A DNA stretch of 52,196 bases, counting the filler, from Basidiobolus ranarum (taxonomy: Eukaryota): assembly GCA_040143965.1 (NCBI GenBank). It is 2 parts of 2 records of this genome, joined end to end, with 100 filler letters (N's around TTAATTAATTAA, not from the genome) between each part and the next. Parts side by side here need not be neighbours in the genome. Positions count along the whole stretch, not along the records: positions 1 to 26,075 come from JASJQH010007011.1; positions 26,176 to 52,196 come from JASJQH010007012.1. One strand, 5' to 3'. Shown here in pieces: positions 13,944 through 26,380 of the stretch; the stretch's first letter is position 1; the number at the start of each line of letters is the position of its first letter. The translations under genes were made by a program, and so were the position numbers. The notes under the pieces were generated by a model. The model ran no database searches. It was not told where the DNA came from and was given only the letters and a program-made list of their open reading frames with translations.

Positions 13944-14414
13944 ATGTTCGGAGTCGTTAGAGCAATTTGCCGTGGTGCCAGAAGAGACCCAATGACCTCC
14001 AAGAGAGGGCATAATTACTACAAAGGTTCGTCCTCACACGAGAAATATACTTCGAACGAAGTTCTTTTTATTGACTTTATCGTTTATAGGAAAGGGTAGT
14101 GGTGCCATGGGTCGTCATACCAAGCATGGTAAGTAAAAGTTATATATCTTTACAGCAATGTACTCTCTAATTAACTTACACCACTCATTCAGGTGGTTAT
14201 CTTATTGACTATAACAAAGTCCGTACTTATGTTGTTCCCGATCTTACTGATTGCCAGGTATCGTATTAGTGCACCTGTTTGTTAAACTTTCCAAGCCCTA
14301 ATTCCACCATTTATCGTGCAACAGTTCAAGCCTTATGTTTCTCATCGTACCGAGAAGATTGCTACTACCATTAAAGCGCAAGATTTCCTTACCTCAACAA
14401 CTAAAGCAGAATGA
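13944..14414 (+). CDS. MRPL27: Mitochondrial ribosomal protein mL41 (4 exons; absent from ORF track)
   Basis: Spliced MFGVVRAICRGARRDPMTSKRGHNYYKGKGSGAMGRHTKHGGYLIDYNKVRTYVVPDLTDCQFKPYVS; three GT-AG introns. Confidence 0.92.
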
Positions 14415-15209
14415 TTTACTTTTTCTGCAATAGACTTTTCATGAACCCATTCAACTCCTATGTATCAATAAATCACTGCATCTTTCAATTTTGCTAGTTC
14501 TTGATTTATTCGACCTGTGGAATTTGTACTGTATATGTTAGTTGAAGTACAGTAGACTATGGGGCCAAACGCGACTTTCGTAGATAGAGGCATATGGCTA
14601 TTCTATCGTATTAAGTCATCTCTGCTGTGCAGTGAATAATTCTAATTTCTTATCCATTTTATATACTTCGGATTTCTTCCACTCGCTTCTTTTATGGATT
14701 ATTATTACAACGCCGTCGAATTGGGCAATAATGTAAGCTCTATTTATTGGAAATATATATGGTGTCACCATTGTGAATCTGGAATTAGGTCCATTTTCAA
14801 CAATGGTAATGTTAATCAATAAACTACCGCAATCATCTCTCTATGACTATCTGATCCCTAGCAACCATACTCTTCTGGTTTTATCTGGTTCCATGGCCTA
14901 CCTCCACCCGCTTACAATGCCAACCCCACATACAATTTATGTGCCCTGATAATTAAGCCACCCTTGATCCGATTGGAATACCTCTTGTTAAGAAAACAAT
15001 ATTAGATGCACTTCTGTTGGTATTAAGTTATTTTAGCATGCATGAATGTTTCACCTGGGATTGAGTAGCTGGATATCATCTGCAATATGATGTAAGTGAA
15101 TCCATTAAATATCGGGTCTGCCCTCAGGTCTTCCTTGCTTCTGGCCTATTTGCTTGCAATTTGCGTGCCCACGATTTAACTGTCAATACCACAAACATTT
15201 CCCTAAACT

Positions 15210-15594
15210 ATGGATTCCGACTGGTGTATTGTTTGTGATAAGCATCTCAACTCTTTGGTAATTCTTTTTACTTTCTATAAGTCTCGGTAGTAACAAGCCC
15301 ACTCAACAAGGAGTATTTCTTTTATAGGATGGTTTGTATTGCAGTGAAGTTTGTTGCCGTAAAGAACAACTGAAAAGTTCCGTTGTTCCTGTGAAATCTA
15401 GTCATCTTTCTTGTGGTCAACAAGAGTTACCTTCAAGGGAACAGTTTCCATATACAATCAAATTTCACAAAAGAAGTACCTGTTATCAACCACTTTTCCC
15501 CAAGCGTTACCCACCCGTTAGAACTCTCTCCCGTCGTATTTCTCGCCGGTTTTGTTCGAATCCAATGAAGGATAAAACCCTAGTGAAATGTTAA
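15210..15594 (+). CDS. Ecl1/2/3-family small Cys-motif protein; exons 15210-15257, 15328-15594
   Basis: Spliced MDSDWCIVCDKHLNSL|DGLYCSEVCCRKE, matching the CxxCDK...LYCSxxCxxxD/E motif of the Ecl1 family. Confidence 0.8.
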
Positions 15595-15953
15595 CCCTAC
15601 GATGTACCTTGTATCCGAGTCTTTCCCTTGTAAATTAGACCTTGGCGAGCTAACTCTAAAAATTTCGGCTCAATAACTTTGAGTGAGTAATATCAAGTAT
15701 ATGTTACATCGTATGAATGGTGTTCAACGTGATTTTGTTGAAGGATGTATTCCCCTTCCTAGTGAATAAAATGAACTTTTCTTGCTTATAGTACATTTCT
15801 TATTCAATCACTATTCCGAGAAATAAGCTAGTCTGCTACATTAGCAGTCTTACATGGCAGGCTTATAGATTTTCATTGCAGATTTATTCAGTGGCAATTA
15901 GGACGTGATAGTGCTAATGTGATGATTGATGAGTGAAGAGTGAATGCAGATAT

Positions 15954-17343
15954 TTACTGGGAGTACTGCTTGGCTATAGCTTTGGCAATGGTTTGTAGTT
16001 GAATGTTACTGGTTCCTTCGTAAATAGAACCAATCTTACTATCACGGAAGAATTTCTCAGCAGGGAATTCTCTAGTAAATCCAATACCACCCATCCATTC
16101 GATACATTTAGATGCAGTTCTTTCGGCAACTTGACATGCGTAGAGTTTCGACATAGCTGCTTCTTTCACAAAGTCCAGACCTTGTTCTCTCATTCTCGCA
16201 GTGTTATAAGTCAAAAGACGAGCGCACTCAATCTCGGTAGCAATTTGAGCATACTGGAATTGCATACCTTGGAATTGACCAATGGGTTGACCGAATTGCT
16301 TACGTTGGAATAAGTATGGCATGGTAACATTGAATACACCTTGAGCAAGACCGATCATTTGCGCGGCAATACCGATACGACCTTCATTCAATATGTCAAT
16401 GGCATACTTGTAACCTTTACCAACCTCACCAATAACGTTCTCCTTAGGTACCTTGACGTTATCAAAGGTTAAGGCACAAGTGGAGGAAGCACGGATACCA
16501 AGTTTCAATTCTTTCTTGGCGACCTCAACTCCCATTCCACGTTCAACCAAGAAGCAAGTGATTCCCTTGTATCCTTTGGATGGATCCACGTTGGCAAATA
16601 CTACGAAGATTTCTGCCTCCGCTGAATTAGAGATCCACATCTTGGATCCATTCAACACGTAATGATCACCACGATCTTCAGCACGTGTAGCGAGGGAGAA
16701 AGCATCACTACCAGCTCCAGCTTCGGAAAGACAGAAAGAACCAACTGTATCGGTGGCCAATCTGGTAAGATATTTCTCTTTGATCTCTTTAGAAGCATAA
16801 TCACTGACGCATCTATTGGTCAAAGTGTTGTGAATATCGCACATAGCACTGACTGATGGATCAACCTTGGCCAATTCCTCGACCACTGTGATAGCAGAGA
16901 CAAAGGACCCATTGGCACCGCCATACTCGGCATCCACTTCCACTCCCATTAAACCATTATCAAAGAGACCTTTGATGATTTCTGGGAACATGTGTTCTTT
17001 TTCATCCATCTCTGCTACTTTGGGTAGAACCTGCTCGGTGGCGTATCTAGCGACTGTGGATACATGATCAATCAATTGTTATATGAATCTTGAATACACT
17101 GAATGAGTGACATACCAACATCACGGAACATATTCTCCTCCTCAGTAAAGCTAAACAAGTTAAGAGGTTGATTTGCTACATTGGGGGTTTGAGAGAAGTG
17201 TCTAGAAACGAGTGGTTAGTTTCCTTCAGATGGAATGATGGGTGGACCACTTACCTGATAGACTGGGCAACTGGTTGGATAGAGCGACGAAGAGTCTTGG
17301 CAGAAGGAGCCAAACGCTTACCAAGGATAGAGATAGAGTTCAT
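15954..17343 (-). CDS. ACADSB: Short/branched-chain acyl-CoA dehydrogenase, mitochondrial (3 exons)
   Basis: Basic presequence [57 protein letters not shown]. Confidence 0.93.
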
Positions 17344-18517
17344 GGTTTGTAATGAGTAGAGAAGAGAGATATGATACGATGATGAAGATGATGGTAAGGA
17401 GTCTTTTAATAACCCATCATTCTCGCGATAAATCCAGGGAGATTCCACCTCATTCGTATTCCACTGCAACATTTTCATTCATTGTGGTTCCAATGATGGT
17501 TCCAATGAATTCATAGTTCTCTCACAGTACCTGGTAACTCCGAAATGCTTTGGAATGGCTTATAAGTTTTTCGCTTGATTTGGTCCTTCGTTATTTGCTC
17601 CCTTTCAATTTCTTTTCTCACGGAGTGACATGGAAGTCCCAAGTGCTTATAAACCAATATATTACTCGAATTCAATGAAAGTTATATGAATTAGTGACTA
17701 TTGAGGGGGTAATTATAATGTGCGGGGCAGATTAGCGCCAAGCTTAGGGCACACTGCCTCAAAGATAATGAGGAACAGTCAATATTCCCACGATTCTTTG
17801 GACCCAAACAAATTCGATGATTTGACAGCCAACTCTGTCATCATGTTTGTGCACTTCCCATGACTTATTACCGCGAATGACCCGTCAAAAGAAGCTAGTT
17901 CGCAGTACCTCATTGACCACGTAATTAGGGATGTTTGTTTACTGGGGGTGGGGGTAATGAGTGGAATCTCAAGTGTGGAATAAACCGACGATCACCATAT
18001 CTTCCCACCTACTCATCTTCAAGTTTGGTGGAATCTTAGGGTGGAATTATCAAGTGTTCAGACTATGATCGTATGAACCCAGCAATTATTCCACTAATCT
18101 CAGATTAAATCAGGGGAACTATTTGTAATATTCTGGTTGGTACTTCCTTCATGGTCTCATATTGCTATTCTATGTGTACCTGTGTGTGCATGTGTTACTG
18201 TTGTTTTCATAGTGGTTCTCATCAAGGTTCCTTTCCATTTGTTCCACTTGAATGTATATCCCGGTTCCAGAATTTGCATTTCATCCCCTGCAGTAAGACG
18301 AGGTAAATATTAAGGGTAACGAGGTCTAAGGTATTTCCAGAGGGTAATATTATGTAATCCTCATTCATTAACTCTAGTAAATATTGATGTCTGTAGCTCT
18401 TCATAGGCAGAAAAGGATGTCAGAGTAACATGAGGAGATCAATACTAAAATAGGTATATGGTTTACTTTCAATTCAACAGTCTGGGGATATAAATAAAAC
18501 TAATCCTCCATAAGCCT

Positions 18518-20718
18518 CTAACGACTTTGAACACTAACATTATCTTCCTCAAATTCCTCAAAATTTGGGAAAAGTCGTTCACCAACCATCGAAATCTCTT
18601 CGAGAAGCTCATCTAAATCTTTGAAGGTTAAACGTGGATGTGTGATAATTCTGAAGAAGACAGGTAATGGCTTGGGATGATGGATAGGTGCATAGTCAAA
18701 CTATTTGATTTTAGATTAGTAACATAGTGGTGGATAAGTAAGAAGACATCGAACTGTTCTTACCATGTATTTCCCGGATCTTCTTATATCTCCATGTACC
18801 TCTTTGGTCACTCTGGCCAAGCAATTATGGAATATTTCAACATTGGTGTTCTCTAAAGACAAATCAAGCGATTCCGGGATGTACCTAGTAGTATAATGTC
18901 AAGTTCAACATATACCGTGGACACTTGTCATCAACCAAGATAACTTACCAGAAACATACGTTGAAATTGACTGGTTTTTCAACCATACGAAACCGAGGAT
19001 TCTCACTGATTTTATGATACATGTATTGAGCCAGCTCAAATCCACGATTAACTCTACTTTCGAAGCCCTACATGGATTTCATCAGCATTAATAAATCGAT
19101 CGATTGTGGATAGTTTCAATGGCAGATCGCACCTGGGATCCATTATATTTCCAAGCAATGAACATTTTCACCGCATCAGGGCGACGTCCACATCCAATCG
19201 TGCCATCCCCAAGGTCGATATTATCTCCGTGGAATAGATAACCAGCATTCAAAGAATTGAATTTTTGCAACACGTAAGGGTCCTTGGTGAGAAGATACGA
19301 GCATTGCAAGGGAACTCCTAACATCTTCTGGGGATTGATAGTGTATGAATCGGCCTAAATGTCCAAAAACACTTAATCTTCTACTCAGTTAAAACTAGAG
19401 GTAGTGCAAGAACCAATCAAATACCAATTCTGATCCATCTATTAAGTGGCGAAGTGTCTCCGAAAACATTACTGACCCTCCCCAACTTCCATCGACGTGG
19501 TACCAAAGATCATACTTTTGACAAATAACACCAATGGGTCTCAACGGATCGAAAGCCCCCTACAAAGATGCGTGTTAAATTATCAACTAGAATTCAATGG
19601 GTTACACCATCCTTCATACCAATACTGTAGTGCCCGCAGTGGCATTGACAAAGAATGGGGATTCTCCACGAGCGATGGACTCTTGGATGGATTTTTCTAA
19701 GAGCATAAAGAAGAGCATTAATCACCAGAGAAGAGGGCAATATGGAGTAATCGAGTGGTATGTTACCGAGTTCTTCAGGAATCATGGTTCCATCTTCGGA
19801 GCATGGAACTTTAATGAGATGATTGATTCCAATGCCCATCATGATGGCAGCTTTCTCCAAAGAATAATGGCTGTGGGTCGAAGTGAACATTGTCAATATC
19901 TCTCCACGACGGGGTCCCTCCTATTTCCAAATCTAAGTAAGAAACATCAACACAAGAAGTGGGTCATTGAATCTTTACCATCTTGATATGTGGAAACTTT
20001 CGATTTCTCGCGGTGATTGCGGCCAATTGATTAGAAGCAGATCCACCAGGACAGGTAATACCACGACCGCCCTAAAAGCTTGAATCAGTGACTGCTCATA
20101 GAGCATTCAGTGTAACTTGACCTACTTTAAACCCGACCAATTCGGCCATCTTTTCTGCAGTTTTAATCTCCATCATAGTGGTGACCGGAGAGACATGATA
20201 TACATGGTTGTTGGAGTTTAAGATGGCAAGCATCAATTCACTAATCACTCCTAAAATACAGTTGAATTTAACCCCATTACACGACAAATATCTGCTCTAA
20301 TATTACCGATAGGGTCAGTTCCAGAATAAAGTTTATCGATGAATTTACTATTCCAGGACCGAACGCTAAGAATAGAAGCACTGGTCAGTCTCTACACGCA
20401 TATATATATGTATATACTTTCACTGGTAATTGGTTATTGCGTGTACCTGTATTTAAGCATTCCTTGAATGGTGTCTACTATACCCTCACGACCAACTCCA
20501 TCTTTACTAAGAGCAAAGTCAAAAACCTTTTCAAGCTCCTTGGGAGAATGATGTTCAACAACCTGAATATTCTCTTGTTGACACTGATTAACGTCTAGAA
20601 TTTCAAAGTGAGTACAAGCTCAGTTATAAGGAAAGTAAGCATCCATACAATCCACAAGAATATCCTTAGTATCGCATAAGAGTTGGTCTAATTCTGTGGC
20701 GTCGTTGGAGCTTATCAT
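18518..20718 (-). CDS. Group II PLP-dependent decarboxylase (GAD/CSAD-like; about 12 exons)
   Basis: Spliced motifs KLYSGTDP, VYHVSPV, CPGGSASN, SHYSLEKAA, VNATAGTTVLGAFDP, WYHVDGSWGG, SYTINPQKMLGVPLQCS, GCGRRPDAVK, NVCFWYIP. All introns read are GT-AG. Confidence 0.92.
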
Positions 20719-22760
20719 CGTAAAGAATAAAGTGAGAACGTGAGCGAAAGTAAAGAAACTGGAGAAAGAAAAATCAAATTTGGTAAGAAAAACCCGGGAA
20801 AATTTTCAACTTTTGGTTAGGAGATGGGAAATATTTATGGAAGGGGAATTTAAGAAATTTCCCTAAAATTTGGTGCATTCGGCAGTGCATTCAGTATTGG
20901 GTCTGTGAATAATTTCCAGTCAGGATTTTGAATCCAAAGATGGAAATCAATTTGGATTACAAACAATATTTATCTTTACAAATAAAGAATTAATTCTCTT
21001 AGGCTAATCGGTTAGTTCGGCCCAGAGATGCAAAGATGAAACACAACATCGACAAGAATCTCAGACACAGGCATTCTTTTTGTCCTTTCGTCTCTTCTCG
21101 CAGTGTAAGTGAATTCTCTTTTATTCTCTATACCAGAAGATTACTTTGCAGAGTGGTAAATATATTATATATTCTCATTGAAGCTTCCGTAAATACCTCT
21201 TCTCTTTCTCTAGTTCCGATAATGATGCTTTTGATATAGGGTCTTTGCTCAGGTAGCGTTGGAGGCCAAAATTCATTGGACCTGGGATAGTAACAACGGC
21301 CAGTCTGGAGTATAATAGATTACTATCTTTAGGGAATTCCACTGATTGATCATTTATTTTGCCAATACTTACTCTAGGTCAAACTCTCTGATTCTCACCA
21401 CTACCTCTCTACCATAACTAAAGCACCCCTCAATGAACTCAACTTCGTGAAATGGTTGTGCTACTTTAATATACAATGCCTGTATCAACTCGAGGAAACT
21501 GTTTTGAATCTACGTTGAAGACGCAGTGTATAAATAGCTGAAGATAAGGAATAAAGTGCTGTGCGATCTTTTCCACCACTAAAGCCTATGGTTAAATCCC
21601 TCAAAGCTTTAATTGAGTCTATACGCGCACGCGTATATAAGCTTCTAGCTAAGTAATAATCTCGACAACTGATTTTGCTGCTTATAGGACTCGGGTTAAG
21701 GAATTATAGGCTCTTGAACTCTCTTAAAGATTTTAGAGGTAGTCTTGCTCTTCCAAAAAACATCCAGAATTGTTCTCTTTGGATATAAACATGACAAACC
21801 TAGTGTGAACCACGCGGTATAGAAAATAGGGAGATGAAGATGAGTAGCATTCATGATGTATCTTCAATCAATCACAGTCATGAACCTATGACAGATCATC
21901 ACGTAACTGAGGTGGCTTGTATCCATCAATAATCTCTACTCACCCTATGTCCATCATAAACTCGTCATTTAGCATAAGAAGGACTCGTCATTTAGCATAA
22001 GAAGCGCTACTCATCATAAACCCGCCATCAAAGCAAGTGTGTCCTTGTAATGGCTGGCATTGTCAATAATCCCGTTCCAATGATAAAACAGGGAAGTGAT
22101 CGGATTTTAAATACAACCACTTTCCTTATCTAACAATCGCGAATCATATGTTTTGGAGCAATATCCTGTGCATCAAATGCTGCAGGTCATGCATGTATTG
22201 TTACTTGAGACTGTTACATGGAGTGCCATATTTAGCCCCGCATTTAACCCAATTCATCTGGTTGTGTCGAGGAGGCAATGTACATAATTCCCCACAATAG
22301 CCCTCACCAACATACCCTCACCCTCACCTTCACTTCACTCTCTAACTCGCCATCTTCATGTGAAGAAGAAAACGGATATAAACATCTCATGACGAAGCTG
22401 GCATCTTCATCTCTCTCGTTTCAACATTGTTTTTTGTGAGCAGCATCTTAAGGAGTTCATCGGGAATTTGGATTTCCTTTGTTAACTTTGGTTAGGGTTG
22501 ACTGCACCAAAGTTCACTTGTATAAATCCTGAAGGACCGCGAGTGATCACTTGATTTAGACTTCACTGTCTTTCAAATCATTTTACCTTTACTAATCCAT
22601 TACAACCCTACCCTACCTCTACTAAAGAAAGATCATTTCCGAATTAACATTCTCTTTTACTTGTGAGCCTCGTCACAGTGGGGGCGACGGTTACACATCG
22701 TCATTGTGTGGAGTTAACCCATTAGATTAATAGAGATAAGATAGACACAACCACACTGCC

Positions 22761-22928
22761 ATGCCAATTTCTTCTCCCATTGTCAGTTATGGCCCACATA
22801 ACGACAAGCGACCTTATCAGAAGAAAGCAGTACGCTTCAGTAGGTTCGAGAAGATTTACTTAACTCACTCTTCTGATGACTATGACCGTACTTCTGTACT
22901 ACCCAGCCATTCGGCTGGTTCCATCTAA
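22761..22928 (+). CDS. 55-aa microprotein with neurabin/Bni4/Phactr-type PP1-binding motif
   Basis: GCC-ATG start; MPISSPIVSYGPHNDKRPYQKKAVRFSRFEKIYLTHSSDDYDRTSVLPSHSAGSI*. RVxF (KAVRF), a hydrophobic pair (IY) and THSxDDYDR occur in the expected spacing. Below the ORF-track length cutoff. Confidence 0.72.
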   Translation: MPISSPIVSYGPHNDKRPYQKKAVRFSRFEKIYLTHSSDDYDRTSVLPSHSAGSI

Positions 22929-23152
22929 CACATCATGTCTTTCTTCACTCTATGTAGTAGTAATGGTAGTACTAGAGTTGGTGCTAGAAATAGTATTAAC
23001 CCTGCTTCACTTGGAATATTAAAGTATTGATCCATTCCTATTAGTTAATTATTTCCCTAATTCCTTCCCCTATTTTGTGTATAAAAAGTGAATATGAACA
23101 AGGTTTATTTGTCTCCATTATATTGACTATTTACAGTATCATCTATTGAAAC

Positions 23153-24744
23153 TCAATCTGGAGGTGAATCCTTACCTGAGTCATGCTGTGAATTTTTCTT
23201 AGAGGAACGTTTCGTACCTTGACCTGGTTCATATCGTTGTCGCTTCTTGATCACATTCGTTTTCATAGAAAGTGGTCGTTTTTGATGGTGCAATTTTAGA
23301 CTTTAAGAGATTAGTAAACGCCACATATACTCGTAATAAACACTAGGAAACTTACTACAATCCACAGGCATTACATAAAGGTGATCCTTCTTCATCTCGC
23401 CGCCACAGTGAAGTGGTTGTGGTTAAGCAATTGGAACATTCAGGGGGCGATGAAAAATGTTCATTTCGAGAATCTTTCCGCATGATATGTGGCTTCATGG
23501 TCTTTGGTCTAGCCATATTATGAAGTTTTAAGCTATATAAGAGTGAATCAGTTGAATTCCACCAATCTAGGGTAATCTTGATGTACTAACTATAAACCAC
23601 AAGCATTACATAGAAGTTCGTCGTTCGCCGAGCGTCTCCAAAGTGGAGTCGAAGTCACACCACAATTCTTACAATCAAGTTTACTCTCATGATTAATGGA
23701 TGAATTACCAGAGCTCGAACTTGAACCAGAAGAGAGTGGCGACATCTGGGAGGGTAGAGGAGTATCTTGGATTTTGGGGGTATGAAGATGCACTTGATCT
23801 GGTTTGGAGCTAATTGTACCGGATGTTTCGAGAGAAAAAGACTCGGAAATTTTGCCATCTGATTCCACCGCATTTCGAGTACTATCATTATCGCCTACAG
23901 CGGAAACCATAGAAGATAGTGAAGAATGCCGAAGGTGATGAGTAGGAGCGGAACCAAGTGCATACCCAACTGCTCCTAATTGTAAGCCAGAACTTTGCTC
24001 ATACCACTGATTATTGTACAAATAACTTGGCATCAGATCGGGGTCAGGGTGTGACTCTATTGAAGTGCTTGAATATGGCTCCCATGAAGTCGGCTCCTTT
24101 ATATCATCGAACGGAATTTCAAGAGAGGGCGGCTTATCGAAAACACCCAAGAATGCAGAGGCAGCATAGGTTCCAAAAATATCTTCAAGGTTAATTACTT
24201 GAGGTATTGTACGTAGGATACTATCGGTAGCTGCAGGAGTGGCCTGTTGAGTGGTAAGATCCTCTTGAGTTTCAGTAGGGGAAATAAATGGTCGAGGAGT
24301 AGTTGGGTACTTATGAGTTGAAGTATGTAAAATATTGGCCGTAATCGGCTGTGACTTGCTCTGCTTAAAAGAAGCAGTAATGAGACCAGTAGTGGTCACA
24401 GACAGAGAATTGAGTGAGCTAGGATTTGCGTTGGTAATAAGAGGATTTTTATCTTTTGAAAGGTTTCTTGTTATAGTACCAGATACCATATCAGTATCAA
24501 GTTTTTTGGTAATCTCCACTGTGATTTTTTTAAACCGATGTTTAGCCCTTTTCTGTTGCTCAATCATCCTTTTATGAAGGTACCATAAACGCCAAGAGAG
24601 ATTTTCTAGGCGGTTCCCATTCTCTAACGAATCTTTAGCTTTAGTGCAAACTCTCCAGGTTTTCTGAAGTTCTTCTTCCGTAGTAAGTTTGGAGAAAGAA
24701 GAAAAGGCTTTATTTCCTTTAATTTTCAAAACGATTGGTGCCAT
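23153..24744 (-). CDS. GATA transcription factor with N-terminal DUF1752 and two GATA fingers; exons 24744-23591, 23532-23356, 23300-23153
   Basis: [10 protein letters not shown] (DUF1752); [25 protein letters not shown] and [25 protein letters not shown], followed by [15 protein letters not shown]. Confidence 0.93.
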
Positions 24745-25054
24745 ACGCTCCAGAAAATTCTACCCCTTCCTACTTAAAGTTCAGTTGTTACTTCTCAAAG
24801 GACTTTTAATAAGAGTTTAATAAAATGGAATGATTCCTGTTGTTTAAACCAGAGAAGTATCGAAAAGTGAAAGATATATTTAGTAGTATATGAGCATAGA
24901 CAGTCTCACGGGACTACAAAGAATGGCTGATGGATCGTAAATGCTCATTTGAGGAGGAACGTTCGTCCAAGATCAATTACTTGCTTCCTATTGGTTTCAG
25001 TTCCGGCCGGCTCGGGGGATATATTTATAGGTTAAACTAGTTCTTATCTAGCGT

Positions 25055-26380
25055 CAAATTGGTCTTTGCTGCTGTTGAATACAACTTAGAGATGCATTAT
25101 TTATAGGGTGCATGGTTAGAGTTGATTGGATGAACCATACAGATGCTGATCTTTAGTTGATGCACTAGTACATATTTGATTCTGTTGGACTCTGATTTGT
25201 CTTATGAACAGAATCACCATGTGTCAAATATATAGGTTGATAACTTCCATCTTTGAAATGATATAGTTTGCTTATTTTAAGCAAGAACTGTACCAAAATT
25301 TCTGCACATTTTCTGCTGTTAATTTCACTGCCAAACAACCTTGCACTACAATTCCTCGGAATCCAATTATTTACAGATACAAGTCATGAACTCTGTCATT
25401 TTAAATATCATTTTTATCCAATCCTGGTCTGCTTTTAAACCATTCAATGATTTGGGGTTCAACTAAGGAAGTTACACATAGGGTTATTATGGGAATGTTA
25501 GCACCCTAGAGCTGTAAGTTGCTGTTGCTTATACAAAACTGGAAAAACATACCTTTACCATCATCTTGTGATACCTCCAGACAGCTCAACTTTATCAGAT
25601 TTTACATCTAATCCCACAAGTACAGCTCAAAATTGACAGGTTGGCCATAATAATATGCACTTTGCAGAGAAGGCTTTTTTACATATTGAATTGCTCTGAG
25701 TCCCCAGATCTTTGTTTTTAATCATAGTTCTTGTTCCATTATATATGGCCTATCAGATGCAGTATTCAAAAAATTATTTGGCACTATCCTGTACCCTATG
25801 ACATAATCAATTATAATCATAATTATTCTAGGTCTGATAACCCCTGGCCTAATGGATCATGTATCCACTTGAATCAAGTCAAATTCCAATATCCTACTCA
25901 GCTAGACCTAAACTGTTTCAAAAATGGTAAATAACATCGTGCCGGATAGTGCCCAATAACTGACAATTTCACATGGACCATCATTTTACCGCCCGTGTGC
26001 TCCCTTGGGAACTCCCAGAATGTATAGCAAGGGCCTGTAATCTCTAAGCATTGTGAAAGATGCAGCAGGGAATGTNNNNNNNNNNNNNNNNNNNNNNNNN
26101 NNNNNNNNNNNNNNNNNNNTTAATTAATTAANNNNNNNNNNNNNNNNNNNNNNNNNNNNNNNNNNNNNNNNNNNNACCAATTCCTCTAATTCTCCAAACC
26201 ACTTCCACCAGGCTCCCAAATACTTTAACAAGTACATGGTGAATAACCTCCTCAAACCTGCTTAATTCTTTGGATACAGTTTCTCTTGAAACCCCAGTTT
26301 ATATTAATAATAATAAGTCCTATCTACAAGAGCTATTTATTATAGTTGATATTTTAATATCTTCCTATTAGCATACTTGG
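25055..26380. mobile_element. Probable decayed transposable element spanning the gap
   Basis: Only one CpG counted in about 880 nt (25055-25935) and none in 26176-26380. No intact long ORF. Weak fragments: IIDYVIG on the minus strand (APE-like) and QAPKYFNKYMVNNLL on the plus strand (RT-like). Confidence 0.35.
26076..26175. other. Assembly gap/linker N44-TTAATTAATTAA-N44
   Basis: 100-nt spacer whose central 12-mer gives stop codons in all six frames; an artificial contig joiner. Confidence 0.97.

Noticed and set aside
23153-24744. Assignment as the iron regulator SreA/Fep1 because of two GATA fingers
   Set aside because: No Cys-rich inter-finger region; DUF1752 indicates the AreA-related group.
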